From contig CAWBLI010000001.1 of assembly GCA_963789615.1 (NCBI GenBank), forward strand, positions 308,685-372,684: DNA of 64,000 bases. The letters run 5' to 3'. The DNA is from an uncultured Actinomycetota bacterium (GTDB lineage: Bacteria; Actinomycetota; Actinomycetes; JAFAQI01). Position 1 is the stretch's first letter, and each line of letters starts with the position of its first letter. The notes below the pieces were generated by a model. That model saw nothing but the letters and a program-made list of their open reading frames with translations. It had not been told where the DNA came from and searched no databases. Below are positions 42,383 to 51,174 of this stretch, one piece after another. The position numbers and the translations under genes are program-made.

Positions 42383-43960
42383 TTGAGGGTTGCCATGGCG
42401 CGCGGGTCCGACGTCGCCGTGCCGATATCACTTGGCCCGCCACGCCTGCAGTCGGCAGCCGGTGGTCGGAGGGAGCCGCAGTACGACTGTCAGATCCCCC
42501 CGGCGAGCCCGCCTGACATCGAACGAGGACACCGAGACGTGACCGAGAGCGCCGTTCTCGAGGGAACCCCCTACTCCTTGCCATTCGAAGCCGACGCCGA
42601 GTTGCAGAAGCTGGCAACAGATACCGAGGAGATCCGGACTGTTGTCGCATCGGCGAGCAAGCGCGCAGCCAGCCAAGGACTCCTCGACAACTTCCGACAA
42701 AATCAGCGATACCGAGAGGTCTACGAAAGCAACGCCTTGGAGCTTGAAGGGCCAGACCTTGCAGGCACCGTGGCTGCGCTTCGTTCGGCGCTGGCGACAG
42801 ACATGGATCGGACGCTCTCAGAAAACCTGCTTCCACGCCTTCTTGCAGACGACCCGGACATGCACGCTGTCATCGGGCTCGAAGCAGCCCGGCAGCACGC
42901 CGCGCGCTTACTTAGCTCTAGCGGCGCGAGGCCGCTTACCGAAACCGACATCCGGACGCTTCACGAACTCATTACGCGCGGTCATGACTTCGCCGGCCAG
43001 TACAAGCGCTACCACGTGTTGTTAGGAGGACACACAAAACACGAGCCGGTCCTGCCCATCGAAGTGTCTCTGCACATGGGAAGGCTGACGACTTGGAACG
43101 GCCGTTGCGTAGACGAGAATCCGATTCTTCGAGCCGCGGCGCTCCACGCCTGGATGACGCACATACATCCATTCGAGGATGGGAACGGCCGCGTCGCCCG
43201 GCTCTTGGCAAATCTGACACTCGCTCAGGCCGGACTTCCTCCCGCCATCGTAAAGGCACGAACACAGCGGACTGACTACCTGGACGCTCTTGCTGTTAGC
43301 GATGAGGGCGGCGACATCATGCCGTTAACGGGTCTGTTCACCAAGACCCTGCTGCGTTATGCCCAAGAGATGGAGAAGCCTAGGTTCTTCCGGAAACTCT
43401 TCCACGACCTCATCGAGAGCCGAGGCAGCACCATCCACGAATGGTTTACTCGTCAGCTCGAGAGCTTTCTGCGGCAGTTGGCGGGCGAACTCGCGGCATT
43501 CAAGATTGAGTCTTACGTCGGCGACGCGGTCGACCGTGAGACGTTTGAGGCCTACCGCACCGGCCAGCGCCGTGAAACAACGATGGTCCGGCTAGTGCAA
43601 TCCCCAGAGGGCGCTCAGATCGCCGTTCTGGTCGGCGCGCCTAGTCGAGGAGTTACACGGTTCACTGAGGTTAGTGACATGTGGCCATCGATTCAGTTCG
43701 CGATAAGAAGCGACCGCTACAAGCTCAACCCGTACGACGTTCCGGGGGCTCGCCAACTGTCGAGAATGCGTGAAGTCTATTTCGATCCCGATGGTCCCAA
43801 GGCCTTCGCCTGGGTTGAAGATCGACTACTCCACGGCGATGTTGCGAAGATCGCCGAAATCGCTGCGGACCGAATCCGCGTTGCCCTCGCCACGAAAACG
43901 GTAAGCGATGTCGATCGGATCTTTTATAGACCCCCGACAGTCGATGGCGGTCCGGGATAG
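42383..43960 (+). CDS. Fic-family protein (AMPylase-type motif) with ~200-aa uncharacterised C-terminal extension
   Basis: Canonical Fic motif HPFEDGNGRVARLL at 43166..43207. N-terminal YESNALELEG resembles the class-II inhibitory helix. The start is uncertain (42383 GTG, 42395 ATG or 42539 GTG). Confidence 0.9.
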   Translation: MRVAMARGSDVAVPISLGPPRLQSAAGGRREPQYDCQIPPASPPDIERGHRDVTESAVLEGTPYSLPFEADAELQKLATDTEEIRTVVASASKRAASQGLLDNFRQNQRYREVYESNALELEGPDLAGTVAALRSALATDMDRTLSENLLPRLLADDPDMHAVIGLEAARQHAARLLSSSGARPLTETDIRTLHELITRGHDFAGQYKRYHVLLGGHTKHEPVLPIEVSLHMGRLTTWNGRCVDENPILRAAALHAWMTHIHPFEDGNGRVARLLANLTLAQAGLPPAIVKARTQRTDYLDALAVSDEGGDIMPLTGLFTKTLLRYAQEMEKPRFFRKLFHDLIESRGSTIHEWFTRQLESFLRQLAGELAAFKIESYVGDAVDRETFEAYRTGQRRETTMVRLVQSPEGAQIAVLVGAPSRGVTRFTEVSDMWPSIQFAIRSDRYKLNPYDVPGARQLSRMREVYFDPDGPKAFAWVEDRLLHGDVAKIAEIAADRIRVALATKTVSDVDRIFYRPPTVDGGPG

Positions 43961-44059
43961 GTGCTGTGTCAGCGTCTCGAGTAGGGCCGTATGGCACACA
44001 CAGAATGGAACATTCGACCCTCTTCGGCATGGATCTGCGCTCGGGTCGGCTGCCGGTCA

Positions 44060-45323
44060 TCAACGTGTGCTGGTCTTGCCGCCAACGACGAGTTCCGTCA
44101 TCAGGGCGGCGGCCCTGGCAGATCGTTCCTTGAGGACGTGGGAGTAGACGGTTCGGGTGACGACGACGTTCGTGTGTCCGAGGAGCTGCGCGACGATCTG
44201 GTCGTCGACGCCGGCGAAGATCATGGCGGTTGCGGTGGTGTGCCGGGTGTCGTGCAGCCGGAGCATCGGCAGCGGCTTCTCGGGGTGCTCCTTGTTGTAG
44301 CGGGTGATCATCCGCTTGAACGTCCTCGACAGGTGGTCGGGGTGTAGCGGCGTACCGGACAGGCCGTCGGGCTGGTTGCGGCCGTCACTGACAAACACGT
44401 AGTCCGACTCGAACCACCGGCCCGGCGGCACGGGCCACCTCGCGGTCAGCATGCAGTCGGTCGCGGTGCCGTTTCATGATCTCGATGAGGACGCCGTCGA
44501 GGGGCAGGAACCGGCCGCGGCCTTGTCCCTTGGTGGTGTCGCGTTCGATGACATGGCCGTTCATGGTGGTGGTGCGGTTTCGGGTGAGGGCGAGCGTCCC
44601 GTGTTCGAGGTCGACGCCGTCCCAGCGCAGCCCGAGTAGCTCGCCTCGTCGGGGGCCGCGGGTGAAGTAGAGCCAGAACAGCGCGACGAGGGGGTGGTCC
44701 TCGTAGTGGGTGAGGAACGCCAGGATCTGCTCGGGCTGCCAGATGTCGTAGCGGCCTTGGTCGGAGAGCGCCGGCGTCCGGGGCATGTCGTCTTTGCCGA
44801 TCTGGGTGCACGGGTTGGTGCGTCGCAGTGGTGGGTCTTGGGTGATGGCGTCTCGGAAGCAGGCGCGGAGGATGTTGTGGATGTAGGCGACGCTTCGTTG
44901 CGACAGCGGGCCGCGGCCGCCGGGGCTGCCCTGGGCCATGAGCCGGTCGTAGAGCCGGGTCAGGTTCTTCGGGCCGACGTCACGGACCCGGATCGGCCCG
45001 AGCTCGGGGCGGATGTGGAGTCGGATGTCCTTGCGGTAGGACTCGTGGGTGGTCTCGCTGAACCGGCCGAGCCGGACCCGTCGGGCGAGGATCTCGTCCC
45101 ATTGGTCGAGCCACTGGTTCATGGTCACTGGGCTGGCGATGTCGGGGGCGCCGTCATGGGTGGCGTCCCGGTCGGTCTCGGCGCGGATCCAGCGGGTGGC
45201 CGCTGCCTTGCTGGGGAGGCCCTTCTTCCGGCGCCGCTGGCCGAGGACGGTGACCTCGGCGGTGTAGGTGTGCGTGGCGGGGTTGAGGTAGACGGTGCCC
45301 TCTCCCCTGCTGCGTCGCCCCAC
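44060..45323 (-). pseudogene. Tyrosine recombinase / phage-type integrase; one frame break
   Basis: N-terminal and core-binding part are in ORF 44385..45323 (GTG start, ...RRGELLGLRWDGVDL with catalytic Arg). The catalytic C-terminus is in ORF 44060..44452 (LRLHDTRHTTAT..LLGHTNVVVTRTVYSHV = HxxR, H, Y). The break is near 44430. Confidence 0.9.
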
Positions 45324-45344
45324 GTGTCCTGTCCTTCCGTGCCG

Positions 45345-45551
45345 TCAGAGCCGACCGGCGTTGCGTGACATCCAGGCGCGGAGGTCGCCGGGCTCGAACC
45401 GGAGTTCACGGCCGAGCTTCAGCGCCTTGAGTTCCCGGCGGTGCCGGTACACCCAGTCCTTGCTCATCCGCAGGATCGCCGCGACTTCATCGACGGTCAT
45501 GAGCGGCTCGAGCGCAAGGGGGTTCCGGGGATCTGTGGATAACGAGGTCAT
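45345..45551 (-). CDS. Excisionase-family / MerR-like HTH DNA-binding protein
   Basis: LMTVDEVAAILRMSKDWVYRHRRELKALKLGRELRFEPGDLRAWM is the typical helix-turn-helix_17 excisionase pattern. It lies immediately upstream of the integrase. Its ATG overlaps the relaxase stop (ATGA). Confidence 0.75.
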   Translation of the reverse strand: MTSLSTDPRNPLALEPLMTVDEVAAILRMSKDWVYRHRRELKALKLGRELRFEPGDLRAWMSRNAGRL

Positions 45552-48406
45552 CGGCCTCTCCCGTAGTCGCGGCCGTAGTCGTCGTCACGGCTTGATCGGC
45601 GGAGTGAGTAGTAGTCGTCGTCCCGGTCGTACGTCCGGAGCTGTGCGCTGGCGAGCCGCTGCCGGCGGCTCTGCCGGAGCCGTTCCCTGACCTCGGCGGT
45701 GAGGGCACGGGTGTCACGTTCCGGGGTGGGTCGGACCGGTCCGCACTCGGCGGCGGCTGGGCTGTCGGCGGTGAGGTAGAGGTGGTTGGCGGTCCGGCCG
45801 CGGGACAGCGCGACGTAGCCGTGTTCGCGGGTGAGCGGGCCGAGCCCGTAGACCAGGGTGGTGTCGACGGTGAGCCCCTGGGCCTTGTGGACGGTGGTCG
45901 CGTAGCCGTGTGCGAGGGCACCGCCGGCGAGCCAGGTCGGGTCGAGGGTGACCTGGTGGTCGTCGGACAGGGTCAGCTGCAGGTGCCCGGTCGTGGTGTT
46001 GACGGTGGTGACGGTGCCGCGGGCGCCGTTGATCAGGCCGCGGCGGCGGTCGTTAGCGGTGACGAGCACCTGGTCGCCGACCCGGTAGGAGCGCTCGCCG
46101 GCGTCGGTGGCGATGGTCAGCTCGTCCGGACCGAGTACGCCGGTGTCGATGAGGTGCGCGCGGATGGTGCGGTTGAGGGCCGCGACGTCGCTGCGTCGGG
46201 CGGCGAGGACGAGGACGTCGTCGCCGCGGTCGCATGCTGCCTGGTAGTCCGCCGCGATCTCGGCGAGCAGCGCGTCGCTGTCTGGGGCGGTGTGGATCCG
46301 GTCGTGCGCCTGGTAGGCGTCGAGTGCGGTGACCGGATCGCCGTCGCGGAGTCGTTGCAGGGCGTCGCGTTCCCAGCGCTCCTGCTGGCGTTGGTTGCCG
46401 GCGAGCCGGATCGTCTCGGCGCGGTTCGCGAGGGTGCCGAACAGGCCGCCGGCGCCGATCTCGGGGAGTTGGTAGGGGTCGCCGACGAGGACGAGCTTGC
46501 CGTCGGCGGCGTCGATGTGGCGGATGAGCCGGGCGGCGGCGCGGGTGTTCACCAGGCTCGCCTCGTCCAGCACCATGACCACTCCGGCTGGGAGTCCGTG
46601 CCGGTCGGCTTCGAACAGGGTCTTGGTGAGGCTGCTGGTCGGGAGGCCGGTCGCCCATTCGAGCTGCTGGGCGGCGAGCCAGGACACGGTCACTCCCTGG
46701 ACCGGATGACCGGCGCACCGCCAGATCCAGGTCGCGCTCGGAGAGCGCGGCGGTCTTCCCGGCGCCGGCTGGCCCGGCGACGACGTCGACGCGACGGCCG
46801 GAGCTGACCAGGGTCGTGACCATGGCGGCCTGCTCCTCGGTGAGGTCGGCACGCTGTCGAGCTCCCGGTCGAGCAGCCACGACGCTGGCCAGCCGACCGG
46901 CCGGGCTGGCGCGGCGTGGCGACGGCGGCAGCGCCTCTTGCTCGGTGTCGAGCAGCTCGCGGGTGGTGTAGCGGCGCTCGACGCCGTCTCCGTTGACGAC
47001 GGGGATCACGTCGGGGCGGCTGGTCAGGTCGAGGACGAGCTGGTCGAGGTCGTCGAGGCGGACCGGGGTTCCGGCGGGCAGTGCCTCGCAGAGCGCGCGG
47101 GCCAGGTCTTGCTTGGTGAACGTCGTCCGGTCCGCCGTCACCCCTTCCGGTCCCAGCAGTCGTGCCGCGAGCTCGTCGATCCTCGGGCCGGTCGGCACTC
47201 CGGCGACTCCGAGGACGGAGGCGATGGCGTCCGGCTGGAGCCCGGCCGCGGCTGCTTCCTCGCGCCATCGGTCGCGCAGCATGCCGACCGGTTCGTGGCG
47301 TTTGGCCGGGCGGGTGTCCAGGCACGCCGCTTGGGCGGACTTTCGCGCCGGTCTTGCCGCGACGGGCCAGGGCCGCGGTGATCTGGGCGCGTCGTTTCGA
47401 GAACTGGTCGATCGATCGTCCGTGGGATGCCGTCGATGTCGGCGATGCCTCGTCGTACCGGGGTCCAGCCGACGCCGAGGGTGCGGGTGAGCTCGCCGCG
47501 GAGCACCGCGTGGTAGACGCTGCTGGCGGTTCGGGCGTGCCGGTAGACCGCGGCGGTGTCCATCGCCGACCACTGGCCGTCGGCGCCGCGGACCAGGTTC
47601 GGGATCACCAGGTGGGTGTGCAGCTGCGGGTCACCGGCCCGGCTGGTGCGATGGTCGAAGCCGGCGATGATCAGACCCGTCGGTGCCGATCCGCGCCGCC
47701 CGGTGACCGTCGCCGTGATGACCGCGGACCGCGGTCGCAGCGTGCCGCTGCAGGTAGCTGATCACCTCACCGACCGCGAGCTCGTGCGCCGCCCGGGCGG
47801 CGCGGGCGATCGCCGGGTCGCCGAGGGCGAACAGGAAGCTGACGCTCTTCGGTGCCGACACGGTCACGTCCAACCCGGGTCGGCGGACGTCGACCCGGTC
47901 GTCGGCGTGACGGAGCGCTTCGGCGTACCGGTCGGTGCCGTCGGGCTGCGGTACAGCGCGACCGGATCCAGCCCGTACGACGCGGCGACCCGCCGGACCA
48001 CGTCGACCGTGAGCGTCGCGGACCGGCCCGCCGCGATCCGGTTGGCCGCGGCCTGCAGGCTGGCGGTGTCCTTCCGGCTGAGGGTGATCGCTACAGCCTC
48101 GGCCGTCCGGACGGCCTCGATCGCGTGAACGAGCGGCTCGGCGGCGAGCCGGCTGCGGGGGTCGGCGCGCAGGACCTGCCCGACGAGCCGGTCGCCGTCC
48201 GCTGCGCATCCGGTGAGCAGCGCCCGCAGTGCCTGCTCTCCCGACTCGTCGAGCCGCCCGTTCAGGCCTAGTGCCGCAGCTCCGTCACCGAGCCAACGAC
48301 CGCGGCTCTCCCCCGCGCCGGTGTAGTAGTCCAGCTCGCAGCCGGCCTGCCGGTCCAGGTAGTAGGCGGCTGCGTCCGCGGCGCTGATGCGTCCGATGGA
48401 GATCAC
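45548..48406 (-). pseudogene. MobF/TrwC-type conjugative relaxase fused to a RecD-like helicase (TraA-like); at least five frame changes
   Basis: Relaxase N-terminus VISIGRISAADAAAYYLDRQAGCELDYYTGAGESRGRWLGDGAAALGL (ORF 47864..48529). DVTVSAPKSVSFLFALGD and HHGDGH..GFDHRTSRAGDPQLHTHLVIPN (HxDxxxRxxDPxLHTH) are split between ORFs 47631..48209 and 47138..47608. Helicase Walker A VVAGPAGAGKT (ORF 46053..47573 frame). C-terminal helicase in ORF 45548..46852 (VMVLDEASL, LVGDPYQLPEIGAGG, TVHKAQGLTVD). Confidence 0.85.
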
Positions 48407-48590
48407 GCGCGCAGAATGAGATGCAGGCGTACCCACAAACGTACCCACGCCTGTCACGTGTGACAGGTAACGAGCGTGAAAGTCGTCTCGCGGGGCCGGG
48501 CTCTGTGGCGGCGATATCGCCGTCCCCACTCGTCACTGACGGGTTAGAACGGCTCTGGAACCTGTCTCAGCCGCGTCTTACGCTCGATCC
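48407..48590. promoter_or_regulatory. Divergent control region between relaxase and Zn-ribbon gene; candidate oriT/operator
   Basis: Direct repeats CGTACCCAC at 48428..48436 and 48440..48448. Palindrome CCTGTCAC-GT-GTGACAGG at 48450..48467. Perfect 12-bp palindrome GGCGATATCGCC at 48510..48521. Confidence 0.35.
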
Positions 48591-48980
48591 GTGAGCGGGA
48601 AACGGGCCTGCGTCTGCGTCTACTGCGGCGCGACTTTCTACACGCCACGCAAGCCGGGACCCCGCGCGCAATACTGCCGCCCCGCCCACCGGCAACGCGC
48701 GTACGAGGATCGCCGGCGTGCCCGCGAGGCTCAGGACAGCGCTGACACCACTGACGAGGTGCAGGCGCTGCGCACCCGCGTCCGGCTTCTCGAGCTCGAC
48801 AACCGCAAGCTCCGCGAGGCCCTCACCGAGACCGAAGCCGAGATGTATCGGCTGAACCGCGAGCTGCATCCTCTGCCGCCGGCCCTCGCTCAGCTCACGG
48901 CTCGTGGCCTCGGCGCGACGCCCGAGCCGACTGAGGCGACCGCGACCCAGAAGCGTCGCTTGCGTCGCCACCAAGCCTGA
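48591..48980 (+). CDS. Small zinc-ribbon plus coiled-coil protein typical of actinobacterial plasmids and integrated elements (function unknown)
   Basis: CVYCGATFYTPRKPGPRAQYCRPAHRQRAYEDRRR, followed by the heptad-like LRTRVRLLELDNRKLREALTETEAEMYRLNRELH. GTG start. Confidence 0.5.
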   Translation: MSGKRACVCVYCGATFYTPRKPGPRAQYCRPAHRQRAYEDRRRAREAQDSADTTDEVQALRTRVRLLELDNRKLREALTETEAEMYRLNRELHPLPPALAQLTARGLGATPEPTEATATQKRRLRRHQA

Positions 48981-49038
48981 GCAACCCCCGGACAGCCGTC
49001 CGTATCGCCGTGCGGAGCACGGCGATACAAGGGTGTGC

Positions 49039-49194
49039 TGGGGAGGTGGGGTGTGGGAGTGAGGTGGGTGAGGAGGGTGGGAGGTGGTGAGGGGAGGAGG
49101 AGGGGTGGGAGGGGTGGGTGAGGAGGAGGGGTGGGAGGTGGTGAGGAGGAGGAGGGGTGGGAGGAGGAGGAGGTGGGAGGAGGTGAGGGGGATG
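49039..49194 (+). repeat. 156-nt cytosine-free G-run tract (imperfect ~26-30 nt tandem units, e.g. GAGGAGGAGGGGTGGGAGG x3)
   Basis: Base-by-base scan finds no C on the plus strand between C49038 and C49195. There are more than 15 runs of GGG or GGGG separated by 1-7 nt. Confidence 0.9.
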
Positions 49195-49463
49195 CTGATG
49201 TACGGCCAAGCCCGCACATATCTCCGCGTCCCCACCGGCATGTCAGTAGGCCGGCGGCCCCCAGTAGCCGGGCCTGGCGTGAAGGGCCCGGAAGAGTCCG
49301 GCGGTCAGCTCGACCAGCGTGACTCCGGTCGGCGCGTCGTATCCGTGGCAGGCCAGCACCTCGCCGAGGCGGCGCGTCGGTTCGCCAGGCGCCAGGTACT
49401 CCGGACGGGTACTTCGTGCAGTCCCGGCTGCAGTTCGAGGGGTAGCGAGCCGACGCTGACCTG

Positions 49464-50418
49464 ATGAGCGATTTGACTGTCGCCCGATGGCGTAAGTACG
49501 GCAAGGACCGGCTGTATGTGACGGCACCCGACGGCACACGCCTCGGCTGGAGAGACCTGATCAGCGGCGAGGAGCACCTCGAAGCGGTCATCGGGCGCGG
49601 AAGAGCTCAGGCGAGCGGTCGACGGCTGGCTGAGCGAACAACCGCCAGTCCCAGCCGCCGCCACAGCTTCGCTGGCGGTGGCCAAGGCCGCAGCGGAGAC
49701 GGATCCCCCTGCACATCAGACGACCGACCTGGGGAACCCACCTGTTGCTTCCATGCCGATCCAGGACTCGGCGGCACGGCCGGTTCAGACGTCGCCAGAC
49801 TGGGAGGACCTAACTGCTCACCGGGCCGGTGCGATGGCGCGACGGCAGGCAGTCGCCCTGAAGGAGGCGGCGCCGGTCCGGACGCTCCTCACCCGAGTGC
49901 TCGGCGTTCACACCGACGAACGGGCGTGGCGCGTCGGCGCAGACGGCGAGGAGAAGGTCGCCGCCCAGCTCGCCAAGCTGGCGAAGAAGGACCCGCGCTG
50001 GCGGTTCCTGCACGCGGTCGAGGTCGGTCAGCGTGGCAGCGATATCGACCATGTCGTCGTCGGACCCGGCGGGGTGTTCACGCTGAATGCGAAGCACCAT
50101 CCGAACGCCAAGATCTGGGTCGGTGGGAACACCGTCCTCGTGAACGGGTCGCGCCAGCCGTATGTGCGGAACAGCCGGCACGAAGCCAGTCGGGCCACGA
50201 AGCTGCTTACCGTCGCGTGCGGGTTCCCGGTGTTCGTGACGGGGGTCGTTGTTCCGGTGGGTGCCGACGACCTGAGGGTCAAATCGCAGCCGGACGACGT
50301 ATATGTCGTCAGCCGGATGGGACTCGTCGGCTGGCTCCGGGCGCGCCGCCTTGTCCTCGACGAGGCGACGATTATTCGCATCTTCGACGCTGCACGTCGG
50401 TCCACCACCTGGCGATAG
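49464..50418 (+). pseudogene. NERD (nuclease-related domain) protein; one frame break
   Basis: N-terminus MSDLTVARWRKYGKDRLYVTAPDGTRLGWRDLISGEEHLEA (ORF 49464..). The rest is in ORF 49678..50418: ERAWRVGADGEEKVAAQLAKL..WRFLHAVEVGQRGSDIDHVVVGPGGVFTLNAKHHPNAKIWVGGNTVLVNG..YVRNSRHEA. The break is near 49600. Confidence 0.75.
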
Positions 50419-50651
50419 CGCACCCTGCGATCGCCGGAGGCGGTCGTGCCAGCACGCGAGGAACAGTCTCTGGGACTGCACAGTTATGGCCAACCAGGGC
50501 TATGGCCAGGGACTCAACGGGTGCGAGAGATACACGCGACACGACATCGTCATCGGAGTGGTAACCAACGCCGCTGATGTGAGGAGCGCTCCCGTGACGT
50601 GCCGCCCGATTCTTCCGTGTCGCAGCCAGACTCGGGTCAGACGAGCCGGCC

Positions 50652-51153
50652 ATGAATAGTCGAGCCAGCTGGACCAATCCGCCTGAGCCGACATCCCACG
50701 TTTCCACGACAGAGACCCTTCCGGCGGATCCTCCGTTATCTGCGGTGCTCCAGGGGAAACCGCCGAATGACGACGTGCCGCTTGCGGCTTGGTGGCTCAT
50801 TGCCGAGTCGCTTCGACATTCAGTACCCGTACGCCGCGCCGCCGAGGGAGTGGAGACCCTCGCCACCGCCGAGCTCTGCCTCGAGAAGTTCCAAGCGCGA
50901 TTGGCTTCTCAGTTCGCCCTTCACGAGCTCGGTGACCATTCGATCTTCCGAAAGGCTTCCTCGGAGGAAGCGAGCAGTGACGGGTCAATCGTCCCCGGTG
51001 CTTACGCTCCGCGGGACGATTCGCAACCTCGCTCGGTTAATGGTGAGGGGGCGTCCCACGCCGACGAGCGAGCTCGTGACCGCGATTCAGCTGCACCTCG
51101 AAGCGCTGAAGCTGGTCACCGTCGCTCCACGACGCACCTCCCTCCGTCCCTGA
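50652..51153 (+). pseudogene. Hypothetical protein, apparently frame-shifted near 50995 (weak call)
   Basis: Only codon-position evidence. GC3 is high in the frame of ORF 50652..51161 around 50835..50900 (RRAAEGVETLATAELCLEKFQARLASQF). It then becomes high in the frame of ORF 50767..51153 (LTLRGTIRNLARLMVRGRPTPTSELVTAIQLHLEALKLV...*). The stop lies 22 nt before the EthD start. No recognisable family. Confidence 0.3.
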
Positions 51154-51174
51154 GCTGCTGAATGAGGAGCACCG

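Larger units (their letters stand above)
42300..48980. mobile_element. tRNA-Leu-associated integrative mobilisable element (Fic cargo, tyrosine integrase, excisionase, MobF relaxase-helicase, Zn-ribbon gene); right boundary not determined
   Basis: It begins directly after the tRNA 3' end. GC is visibly lower than the flanking core. It carries a relaxase -> xis -> int minus-strand operon with overlapping stop/start. I could not find a convincing direct repeat of the tRNA 3' end, so the right end could lie anywhere from ~48.6 to ~53.6 kb. Confidence 0.7.

Noticed and set aside
43961-44059. attR-like similarity between the Fic/integrase spacer (GGAACATTCGACCCTCTTCGGCA) and the tRNA T-arm/acceptor region.
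   Set aside because: The similarity is gapped and weak, with no run longer than about 6 nt. It is not enough to claim a second att site or tandem elements.
48567-49591. Proline-rich proteins encoded on the minus strand across the G-tract (ORFs 48567..49241, 48890..49591, 48895..49209).
   Set aside because: All three frames are open simply because the complement lacks G and so has few stop codons. There is no RBS or start context. The ORFs run antisense through the Zn-ribbon gene. I treat the region as a non-coding repeat, though coding is not formally excluded.
50549-50595. Partial duplicate of the tRNA-Leu 5' half as a possible att remnant (TCGGAGTGG...GATGTGAGGAGC versus TCGGAGTGG...GCTTGAGGTGC).
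   Set aside because: Only a 9-mer plus scattered matches. Integration at a tRNA duplicates the 3' part, not the 5' part. No cloverleaf can be folded.
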